A stretch of DNA of 64,000 nucleotides, from NCBI GenBank assembly GCA_018692915.1, contig JABHLG010000007.1, positions 2,418 through 66,417 on the forward strand, in the 5' to 3' direction. Of this stretch, positions 39,914-48,231 are shown piece by piece. The translations under genes were made by a program, and so were the position numbers. This DNA comes from Candidatus Woesearchaeota archaeon (lineage in GTDB: Archaea > Nanobdellota > Nanobdellia > UBA10117 > JABICX01). Position 1 is the first letter of the stretch. Each line of letters starts with the position of its first letter. Below the pieces are notes generated by a model. The model searched no databases and was not told the DNA's origin. It saw only the letters and a list, made by a program, of their open reading frames with translations.

Positions 39914-41118
39914 TTACTGAATAATTCCGAATCCAATCAAGTGCCATCTTGCTTTTATTTGTCTGGAGATAGCTACTTTTGTTCCTCGGTGTGCGCAAAT
40001 TGGCCGTTTTAATATAAGTTTAATTTTATTACTTGCTGAATGATTTACAACACCTAATGTTGTTGCTGTTCCAGAATTAAGCATAAGAGGTTCATTCATT
40101 TTGATTTCTTCAACATTAATATCCTCTTTAATTCCAAGTATTTTTTCAAATAATTCAACTTCTAATTCAAAATCATTGAATACAGATGGCATTTTTTCAG
40201 GTAATCCTACAACTGAGCCGACAACACCGTCTTTTTTTGTAACAAATGGGTCTAATTCTGTTTCAAATGCAATTGAGCCACCAGGACCTTTTTCTTTTAC
40301 AAAGCTTGAACCTATAACAATAGATTTAATTTTTGTTTTAATTGGCTGCCAAGCAATCTGATTTTGTCTTTCAGTTTTAATTCCAGGCAAAATTTCAACT
40401 TCTTGACCTACTTTGAAACTACCTTCAGTTATTGCTCCACCAATAACTCCACCTTTTAGATTATTAATTTCAGTTCCAGGTTTGTTAATGTCAAAGCTTC
40501 TTGCAATTAAGAATTCGGGATTTTTTGAAGCATCTCGCTTTGGTGTTGGCATAAATTCTTCAATTGCTTCCATAACATATTCAATATTTACACGCTTTTG
40601 CGCAGAAATTGGAATAATTGGTGCTTCAAAGCCAAGCATTTCTTTAGCAAATTTCTTTATTTGCACATAGTTCTTTTTTGCTTGTGTTTCAGTTACTAAA
40701 TCCACTTTGTTTTGTATGATTATGATGTTTTTTATACCTAGGATTTTCAGAGCAACAAGGTGCTCTGTTGTTTGTGGCTGTGGGCATTCTTCATCTGCTG
40801 CTACCATTAAAATAGCTGCATCCATAATCGCTGCTCCTGAGACCATAATTGCCATAAGTGTTTCATGTCCAGGTGCATCTACCAGAGAAACTCTCCGAAT
40901 TACAGTACCTTTTTTATCCTTGATGTCAATATCTGCATAGCCTAGCTTGATTGTAATTCCACGTTTTAGTTCTTCAGAATGTGTGTCAGTCCACTTACCA
41001 GATAAAGCCTGAGTTAGAGTTGTTTTACCATGATCTACATCTTTGGATTGCTAGTCTTTTGGGCTAAGCAATGTCCAATGAGACCAATGTTCATCTCCGG
41101 CAATAATTTTTGCTTCAC
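39914..41118 (-). CDS. Translation initiation factor 2 subunit gamma, interrupted by a putative 32-nt intron (join of complement 41118..41073 and 41040..39914)
   Basis: Exons give [55 protein letters not shown]... through to the canonical C-terminus; GGAGGTG Shine-Dalgarno upstream of the GTG; joined length divisible by 3. Confidence 0.88.
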
Positions 41119-42426
41119 TAAATTTTCACCTCCTATTTGTATCATACGTTCTATTTTTTCTGGATGTTTTATAAAGGGTGCGATTTTTTCTATAAATAAT
41201 AAAGCATCTTGTTTTTTAAATCTGATATCATATTTTAAAGAAGCTTGATCTGTCCGCCCAACTTTTCTTGAAATTTGAGTTTCTACACCAATTAGTTGGA
41301 GCATTTCGATGTGCGAAAGTACTTCATTAAGTAATTTAAGAACTTTTTCATTAGTGTGTGATTTGTTTAGATTGAGTCCAAATGATATAATTATTTCTTT
41401 AGATTTTAGATTAACAGATCCTTCTGCTTCGAAAAGACCACAATAGAATGCAGTTATAACTTCAGATTTAGAATTTTTCAATATGGAAAATAAGTACTTT
41501 TCTAATATATCAAAAACGAGGTTGCGTAATAACTTATTTGCTACTTCAATTCTGTATGCATAGTCACCATATTGTGTTTTGCAGTATCGTATGTTTTTTG
41601 TAATCGTAAGCAGATCTTCGTTTGGTTGGAAATTATTATTACATGTTATTTCGTTAGATATATCCTTTGACGGTTGGTGTAATACTTCAAGGATTTTGTT
41701 AAAATCTGATATAAATGACGTTTGTTTATTTGCAACACCGATTTTATGCGGACCACCACATCTATCACCGATCCATTTACCAAATTCTTTAGCAAAGTTT
41801 TCGTTAAATATAACTCTTTTGGGAATAACTTTTTCTACGTAATCGTTGGTGCCGGGATTTCGGTACTGTAGTATATAATAATATTCTTTAGTTTGAAGTT
41901 GTGGTTTAAGTCCTCTAAGTCTCAATGATTCAATTTTCGATGGTAAAATCTTAATATTTAGCGAGATATATTCTTCTTTAATAAATTTCTGGGGTAACTC
42001 TTTAACCGATGTTTTATATTGCTTAGTAAATAAGTGTTCTGCAAGCGCTCGATTTATTGTAGAAAAAGGCTCTTTATCTAAATCCACCTGCATTGGTAGA
42101 TTAACTCTAGAACGAAAACCTGCTTGTCCAAGTTTTATATGCGTGATGTGCTTTTCAATCTCATTTGTATCTAATTGTAAATTAACTAGTATCGAATTTA
42201 TCTGTTTTGAAGATAGGTATCTAATCTTTTTGCAACCTTTCGGAATCTCATAAGATCTTCTAATCCCAAATAAAGATCTTACATCAATATCTAATGATTT
42301 TGCAGCTAAGCGCCAATCTTTATGTTTTTGTCTTAATTTTTCGAATATCTTGTCTCTGTACAAATCTTCCAAGTAGAATCTAAAAGTTCCATCTAGTAAA
42401 TCAACAAGCTTGACGTCAATAATCAT
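41035..42426 (-). CDS. LAGLIDADG-type homing endonuclease-like protein; ORF runs in frame into the aIF2-gamma start
   Basis: [12 protein letters not shown]...[15 protein letters not shown] and [22 protein letters not shown] motifs. Confidence 0.75.
   Translation of the reverse strand: [463 protein letters not shown]
41041..41072 (-). other. Candidate bulge-helix-bulge pre-mRNA intron in the aIF2-gamma P-loop
   Basis: ATTGCTTAGCCCAAAAGACTAGCAATCCAAAG; central helix UUGG/CCAA, bulges AC^A and AG^A, inner helix UUGC/GCAA, outer GGUCU/AGAUC. Confidence 0.75.
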
Positions 42427-42549
42427 TGTAATCTGTATTGATTATAGTATAAAAACATTGTTAGTAAGTCAGTTAGTTACATGATAAGAGATTTAAAAAG
42501 CTAGCTATTCTTTGAGTATCGAAGTTCTTTTAAGTTTTACTTCTTATAT

Positions 42550-43005
42550 ATGATTACAATGACAATTACAATAATGAGTCCAATAGGAACATTTTCTGTT
42601 AAAAGAGATGAAGATGGGAAATATGCAGAAGATAGTGGAGTAAGTGGTGTTCTTGGAGAAAATCCGATTGAATTATATGGTAAAGGGAATCATGGACCTC
42701 TGAGATTAAGACTTAGAGATATATTAAATACATCGCATGTAGAAGGTGAGTTTGATACAGATTTACCTATCAAAGCTCAAAGAGGAGATTTAGTTACTTC
42801 ACTTAAAGACGGAGATAAGACTGTTATGATTTTAGTAACATCTTTACCTGATGAAGCAGTTCCTCGAGGATATTTAAATAACCTAGAGACAATAAATAAA
42901 ATGTTTAAAGAACAAAAACTACCTACAAATATATATCTGAAAAAAGGTTATAGTATAGAAGCAATGCACAATGACTTAAGTGAACATATTGTTCAAGAAC
43001 AATAA
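42550..43005 (+). CDS. Hypothetical protein
   Basis: Intact ORF. Confidence 0.5.
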   Translation: MITMTITIMSPIGTFSVKRDEDGKYAEDSGVSGVLGENPIELYGKGNHGPLRLRLRDILNTSHVEGEFDTDLPIKAQRGDLVTSLKDGDKTVMILVTSLPDEAVPRGYLNNLETINKMFKEQKLPTNIYLKKGYSIEAMHNDLSEHIVQEQ

Positions 43006-43032
43006 TTTTTCTTTTATTTTTAGAATTTTTAT

Positions 43033-43209
43033 TTACTTTATTGTCTTTTTCTCTTTGGTCTTTGCGCGGAAGTTTTTACCTTGGCAATTTCTGCAGACTA
43101 TTTTGTGAATTCGAATTTTAGAACTATCTGCTTTCATTACAGTCTTACATTTTCTACAGACCCATTTTCTTCCAAAAATCCGTGCTGTTGCTTCTGCTAT
43201 TTTTCCCAT
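43033..43209 (-). CDS. rpl40e: Ribosomal protein L40e
   Basis: MGKIAEATARIFGRKWVCRKCKTVMKADSSKIRIHKIVCRNCQGKNFR; start inferred downstream of the ORF-track start. Confidence 0.9.
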   Translation of the reverse strand: MGKIAEATARIFGRKWVCRKCKTVMKADSSKIRIHKIVCRNCQGKNFRAKTKEKKTIK

Positions 43210-43316
43210 CAGTTTTTCTTCCAGAAAACCTGGTAAAAGAACATTGCTTCTCCGAAGCAATTTTTCGCCAAGGGCGAAAACAGATTTCTGGTAACCTTGA
43301 TAACTAAATCGATTTT
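43210..43316 (-). promoter_or_regulatory. Structured leader family 2, L40e copy
   Basis: AATTGCTTCGGAGAAGCAATGTTCTTTTACCAGGTTTTCTGGAAGAAAAACTGATGG. Confidence 0.6.
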
Positions 43317-43339
43317 AAGTATTTATAAGTCTATCGTAA

Positions 43340-43750
43340 TTAAGCTTTGACGCTCTTCATGACTTTTCTACCCATAATATTCCAGTAAACTATGTTAGCT
43401 CCACCAATTACTTTTCCATCTAATTCTGCAGGGATATCTAGGTCAAAAGTTTCGTATGTTTGCATATCCATAATTTGTGCAGTTTTTCCACTTACTGAAA
43501 GAACTTGAGCATTTAATTTATCAATTATTGGAACACCTACTCGTGCGTGTCCCGTCATCATAATAACTTTCTTGTTTTTAGTCATTAAATCTTCTGCATC
43601 TACACGATATTTTGCATGTCCGTGTTTTCCTGGTGCAGACTTCTGCATTTTCTTGATTATACATGCCGCACCATCAATGACAATGTAACGACCTTCCTTA
43701 AGTTTTCCAATTTCTTCTTGAATCATATCTGGACTCATAAATATCACCAA
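43340..43750 (-). CDS. eif5A: Translation initiation factor 5A
   Basis: GRYIVIDGAACIIKKMQKSAPGKHGHAKYRVDAEDL hypusination loop. Confidence 0.93.
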   Translation of the reverse strand: MVIFMSPDMIQEEIGKLKEGRYIVIDGAACIIKKMQKSAPGKHGHAKYRVDAEDLMTKNKKVIMMTGHARVGVPIIDKLNAQVLSVSGKTAQIMDMQTYETFDLDIPAELDGKVIGGANIVYWNIMGRKVMKSVKA

Positions 43751-43795
43751 TAAAATATAGGAATGCGAAGCTTATTAAATGTTTTCTAAAATTTA

Positions 43796-44437
43796 TTATA
43801 CTTTAGCACTATTTATGTAAGTTGTAATATCTGCAAACTTGTTAGCCATCATATGATCCATATAAGTTGGTAATCGTTCGTCATTACGGTTAGCTCTAAC
43901 TTCACCTTCTGATAAAAGAGGTTGTTCTTTATGAGTTAATTCATGAGATATTGTGTTGTCTCTTGTTTCATTAGTCCCACCATGTGTAACATTAGTTGTA
44001 TTACCTGTTCTGTTATCGCGAACAAGTTTAGGTATATCACCAAATTTTTCTATAAAGCCAAGAACGTCATTTAGATCTCCAGTGTAATTCATATCAATAT
44101 CAACAGATTCTGCTTTAAAGTTTAAGTTAGCTGAATAATTTTTAGGTAGCTCTGAATTTTTAAGCATAATATAGTTCATTAGTGTTGAGACATTTGGTTC
44201 TAATTTAGTCTCAGAATTGATATTTATTTCATAATTAGGCGTAATCTTAATCTCTATATTAGCAGAATAATTTTCAGAGGGTGCTAGTTCTGTACGTGGA
44301 ACATAATTTCCATTTCTTATATTTGATATAGTTGATTCTAAATTATTTCTAGATTCGATTTCTATTGCAGCTTTCTGTGTCTGAGTAAAATATTTTAATG
44401 CATTTTGTGATACAGACCCATTTGATAAATTTGTCAT
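43796..44437 (-). CDS. Hypothetical protein
   Basis: Intact ORF; HELTH segment but no clear family. Confidence 0.5.
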   Translation of the reverse strand: MTNLSNGSVSQNALKYFTQTQKAAIEIESRNNLESTISNIRNGNYVPRTELAPSENYSANIEIKITPNYEININSETKLEPNVSTLMNYIMLKNSELPKNYSANLNFKAESVDIDMNYTGDLNDVLGFIEKFGDIPKLVRDNRTGNTTNVTHGGTNETRDNTISHELTHKEQPLLSEGEVRANRNDERLPTYMDHMMANKFADITTYINSAKV

Positions 44438-44480
44438 AATTTCATAGAAAAATTACTCTTTTAAGGGTTTCTAGTTCTAA

Positions 44481-45578
44481 TTAGCCAAGTGGGAATCGTA
44501 ATATAGCTGCAATTTCTCCAAGGTTCTTTAGCTGAACACCTTCTTTTGTGTCTGTTGAAATAACTAGCCACTCGCCATTGAATTCTTCACATTTATCTGC
44601 CATTTCTTCAATTTTTTCGTCGTCAAAATCTTCTGAAAATAATAATGTACTAATTGCACCCAGTTCTAATCCTTTTCGAACTTCTGCTTCACCATAAGCT
44701 ACAAATGTCGGTCTTTTAGCTAGCATATTTAAGAATTTATTCACAGCAATCTTTTCTTTCATAATTTCTTCTTGTGCTAGAATGTCTTCGCTTTTAGCAA
44801 CTAATTCTTCAAGTCCTTGTTTGCCTGTGTATCCTGTATCTATAATTCCAATTATTTTATCTTTAATTTCAGTAAATAAGAAATTTCCATTAGCAAAGCT
44901 CTCTTTATTTGGTCCAGGTCCACCTACGAGAACTCCTTTGATTTCAGGATTATTTGCGAATTGTTTGTTTGCACCATTTGCAACTGTTTTGAAAAAGTCC
45001 TTAAGCATACCTTCTATGACTCTTGCAAATCTGGCAGCTGATTGCCCCCCAGCTTTCGTATCTCCTGGAACACATGATTGGAAACTTTTGATAGGTATAA
45101 TTGCTTTCCCTTTTAGCATAGCAACGTTACCTTCTTGCCGGTCAATTACAATTAGACCATATGCTTCTTTGACTGTAATGTATTCTTTTAGTGGGTCTAG
45201 GAAAAACGCTTGGTCGCAGCGATAAATTTTAGTATTAAGTGGCGATGTTGGTTCAATTTCCCAAATTTTAATATCTGATTGGCCTTCTCTTTCAGCAATG
45301 TTTCCTGCGAAAAGCGCTAAACCGTTAGGAGGTGTTTGTTTATATTCTCCAAGAGCACGTAGCATTTTTTCTAATGCATCTGAAACATTTTTCCGAGTTG
45401 TGCTAGATTTAATGTTTCGCGCAGTTCCAGCTTCTCCAGATAGTTGCTGTTTGATTTTATCTACACTATAACCTGCTGGCACATATACAGAAATAAGTTC
45501 AGTATGTCTAGCTCTGTGGCTTCCTAGCTCAGAGAGTAACTTCTTCATTTTGAACCGTTCTTTAGAGTTCATTCCCAT
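44481..45578 (-). CDS. prf1: Peptide chain release factor aRF1; start taken as the internal MGMNSKERF
   Basis: TARNIKSSTTRKNVSDALEKML (NIKS motif), GGPGPNKESF. Confidence 0.95.
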   Translation of the reverse strand: MGMNSKERFKMKKLLSELGSHRARHTELISVYVPAGYSVDKIKQQLSGEAGTARNIKSSTTRKNVSDALEKMLRALGEYKQTPPNGLALFAGNIAEREGQSDIKIWEIEPTSPLNTKIYRCDQAFFLDPLKEYITVKEAYGLIVIDRQEGNVAMLKGKAIIPIKSFQSCVPGDTKAGGQSAARFARVIEGMLKDFFKTVANGANKQFANNPEIKGVLVGGPGPNKESFANGNFLFTEIKDKIIGIIDTGYTGKQGLEELVAKSEDILAQEEIMKEKIAVNKFLNMLAKRPTFVAYGEAEVRKGLELGAISTLLFSEDFDDEKIEEMADKCEEFNGEWLVISTDTKEGVQLKNLGEIAAILRFPLG

Positions 45579-45710
45579 CAGTTTTCTCCCAAAACCAAGC
45601 AAACTTTGTTTGCGTGGCCAAGAAAACGCTTTGCGTTTTCTCTGGAACCTGGTAAAGAAATGTTGTTTCTCCGAAACAACTGCTTACGCAAGTTTTATAG
45701 GTATCCTCTA
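45579..45710 (-). promoter_or_regulatory. Structured leader family 2, prf1 copy, with extra hairpins
   Basis: TTGCGTAAGCAGTTGTTTCGGAGAAACAACATTTCTTTACCAGGTTCCAGAGAAAACGCAAAGCGTTTTCTTGGCCACGCAAAC...GAAAACTGATGG. Confidence 0.6.
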
Positions 45711-45742
45711 TAATTTAAAATACAGAATTGAGAATATAAGCT

Positions 45743-46231
45743 TTACTTGTTAGTTCGTTCAGTAGAGTAATATCTGATGCGCGAACCATCTTGTTTGGAC
45801 TCAATTTCATCTAATTTAAGTAAATTTTTGAGATTCTTAGATAAAGTTGTTTGAGGTATGCCTAATGTTCTTTTAATTTCATTGTAATGTATACCAGGAT
45901 TATCTGTAATAACTGTATAAATTTTCTCCCGAGGATTAATTATTTTTCTTACTATATCAGGAGGGTCGTTTTTTATGAAGTAAGTAGCAGATTGTCGAGA
46001 ACTGCTTCTACCGAGAATATTTGCTTGTAAAAGAACTTCAAGATGATATGTTGTGCGTTTATTATTAAGTTTTAATCCCTCATTTATATCTTGTTTAGTA
46101 ACGGATTTGTGTGTTCTTAGATGATTTATTATAGACATTCTCGTATCATGAGCTAAAATTCGGTTTTTATCTAATCGAGTATAAAATACATTAGATATTA
46201 TTGCTCCACATAATATTGCTGTTAGACTCAT
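45743..46231 (-). CDS. Membrane-anchored protein with two winged-HTH domains
   Basis: N-terminal hydrophobic segment; SIINHLRTHKSVTKQDINEGLKLNNKRTTYHLEVLL; NPGIHYNEIKRTLGIPQTTLSKNLKNLL. Confidence 0.7.
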   Translation of the reverse strand: MSLTAILCGAIISNVFYTRLDKNRILAHDTRMSIINHLRTHKSVTKQDINEGLKLNNKRTTYHLEVLLQANILGRSSSRQSATYFIKNDPPDIVRKIINPREKIYTVITDNPGIHYNEIKRTLGIPQTTLSKNLKNLLKLDEIESKQDGSRIRYYSTERTNK

Positions 46232-46324
46232 TTATTAAAAATCTGAATAATACTAATAAATGTATGGATTTTCAATCCCGCAATTGGTCTGAGACCAATG
46301 GCGTTATTCTTTGTAGTAATAAAC

Positions 46325-46804
46325 TTAAAAATCTTGGCTTACTCTGTGATCTATTGTATTTGAACTTGTTGGGTCTATACTGGTATCTATGGAGTAATAT
46401 GCATAGTGTTTACCTATTTTCTTCATGCCAATTAATTCTTTTTGTCGTAGTTTTTTAATTGTTGAATTAACTGTTCCTTGAGAATAATCAACTAATTTTA
46501 CTAAAGATAGTCTACTAATATATGGATTAGATTTTATTTCGTTCATTAAAATTTCTTCTATAGTTGTTAATCCACTAACTTTCTGTCCTTTAGCAAAAAA
46601 TCTCACATATTTTCCATCTTTAAATGACCTAATAAGGCGATTTTTCTGAAGAATATTTAACTGATATGCTGTAACGCCGTTGTTACGATCTAATTCTTTT
46701 TTAATTTCAGTAAAAGTAATTCCACCTCTTTTTTGTATTAAGTGATACATATCGCTTCTAAGAGGTAATTCTAATATATCTTGTCTATCTATATATTGTG
46801 TCAT
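46325..46804 (-). CDS. Dual winged-HTH protein
   Basis: MYHLIQKRGGITFTEIKKEL...NPYISRLSLVKLVDYSQGTVNSTIKKLRQKELI. Confidence 0.7.
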   Translation of the reverse strand: MTQYIDRQDILELPLRSDMYHLIQKRGGITFTEIKKELDRNNGVTAYQLNILQKNRLIRSFKDGKYVRFFAKGQKVSGLTTIEEILMNEIKSNPYISRLSLVKLVDYSQGTVNSTIKKLRQKELIGMKKIGKHYAYYSIDTSIDPTSSNTIDHRVSQDF

Positions 46805-46886
46805 ACTGTTACTACTTTGTAAAATTGGTTTATAAGTGTTTCTAAAAAGAAAAACTATACCGCAAAGCTTTGATGTATAAGTATTT

Positions 46887-47312
46887 CTATTGATTAATTA
46901 TTGAACAGCGATTGTATTTACCTATTTTTGTGATATTAATAATTCCTTGCTCAGCTAGCTCTTTAATAATTTTACTAACTGCACTTTCATTATAACCAAC
47001 TATGTTTGCGATTTCTTTCTGACAACTAAAATCATTTTCTGTAATAGTTTTAATAATATTTTCTTTTTTACTAAATTTTGTTGGAATATTAAATATTCTC
47101 GGATAAAATCTGAGATATTTTCCATCTTTTTCAGATTTTATATATTTTCTTTGTTCTAGAAATGTTGTATGGTATGTTGCTGTTGTGTATGCCATTTCTA
47201 ATTCTTTTATTATACTTGTAAGCGATAATCCTGGTTTTTCATGGACAAGTGAGTTAATTTGGTTTCTATTATCATTTTCTAGAATTTTATCTCTTTTCAT
47301 GTAAGACGCCAT
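46887..47312 (-). CDS. Dual winged-HTH protein
   Basis: NQINSLVHEKPGLSLTSIIKELEMAYTTATYHTTFLEQ...EIANIVGYNESAVSKIIKELAEQGII. Confidence 0.7.
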   Translation of the reverse strand: MASYMKRDKILENDNRNQINSLVHEKPGLSLTSIIKELEMAYTTATYHTTFLEQRKYIKSEKDGKYLRFYPRIFNIPTKFSKKENIIKTITENDFSCQKEIANIVGYNESAVSKIIKELAEQGIINITKIGKYNRCSIINQ

Positions 47313-47342
47313 ATAACTTTTAGTAAAATTTATTTAAAAATT

Positions 47343-47633
47343 CTATGATTGCTTTTCTGAAAGGTATTTAGTAGCCATTACTTTTTCTTGTGATATCCAG
47401 CAAATATAATTTGCTTCCTGAAGTTCATATACTATATCATTTAGTGTTTTACTAAGTTCAATTCCAGTTCTTTTACTTAGTGCTTCGAATTCAATACCTC
47501 GCTCTCCAGCGCTTTTTATAACATCATATACATTAAAATTCTGTGGATTAGTTATTACTTTTTGTCTATGTTCTTCAGATTCTCTATCTTTTTCTGCATC
47601 ACTTTTATGACTAAAGTAATTTAGCAATCCCAT
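47343..47633 (-). CDS. Small winged-HTH-like protein
   Basis: NVYDVIKSAGERGIEFEALSKRTGIELSKTLNDIVYELQEANYI. Confidence 0.5.
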   Translation of the reverse strand: MGLLNYFSHKSDAEKDRESEEHRQKVITNPQNFNVYDVIKSAGERGIEFEALSKRTGIELSKTLNDIVYELQEANYICWISQEKVMATKYLSEKQS

Positions 47634-47656
47634 CTAAAAACTAAATAACATTAAAC

Positions 47657-48196
47657 TTAAAAATTAGTTGATTTTTCAACTATTTCTATTGATTTAAGTA
47701 ATCTTATTCTGGATAATCTTATATTTTCTTCAGAGAGCTCACCATTTAACACCGCTTCAAGATTATTCCTAATTTCTTCGTAATCATAAGCTAATTCATA
47801 TCCTCTTTCAAGACCGTGACTAAATGAATAGCACGTAAATGCTACACAAACATGTGGTTTTAGGTCTTCTAATATGCATCCTTTTGGTGTGTGATATGCA
47901 CAAGGTTTTTTATTATCAAAATAAGGTTCTTCTTGATTATTTGGTAAGCCATATTTTTCAATTCGCTTTTCCGATAATAGATTATTATGAATTTTATCAA
48001 TTTTAGTTAAAAAATGGTCTTCACTACAACAGCCAACATCACCTCTTACTTTTTTTACAAAATACAAACTGTATTCTTTGCTTGTGCAATTAGGACCACA
48101 GAAATTGACTTTTTTGAATAATTCTGAATACAGAGCTTCAAACTCCATATACTGTTTAAGACAATCCATTTTAGCAGTTTTAGATAATTCTTTCAT
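47657..48196 (-). CDS. YkgJ-like cysteine-cluster protein
   Basis: NFCGPNCTSKEYSLYF...KPCAYHTPKGCILEDLKPHVCVAF. Confidence 0.6.
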   Translation of the reverse strand: MKELSKTAKMDCLKQYMEFEALYSELFKKVNFCGPNCTSKEYSLYFVKKVRGDVGCCSEDHFLTKIDKIHNNLLSEKRIEKYGLPNNQEEPYFDNKKPCAYHTPKGCILEDLKPHVCVAFTCYSFSHGLERGYELAYDYEEIRNNLEAVLNGELSEENIRLSRIRLLKSIEIVEKSTNF

Positions 48197-48231
48197 TTTT
48201 ATTTAGTGAAAATATAATTTAAAAGTTTTTG

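Noticed and set aside
41041-41072. The aIF2-gamma interruption as an intein (the first residue after GH is Cys, CLAQKT resembles block A)
   Set aside because: The insertion is only 32 nt, breaks the frame, lacks C-terminal splicing residues, and the +1 residue would be Val
41035-41072. The aIF2-gamma interruption resolved by -1 frameshifting
   Set aside because: It would leave 11-12 extra residues inside the GTPase P-loop, very unlikely to be functional; BHB-like excision gives the exact canonical sequence
44782-45225. Plus-strand ORF of 147 aa
   Set aside because: Antisense to prf1
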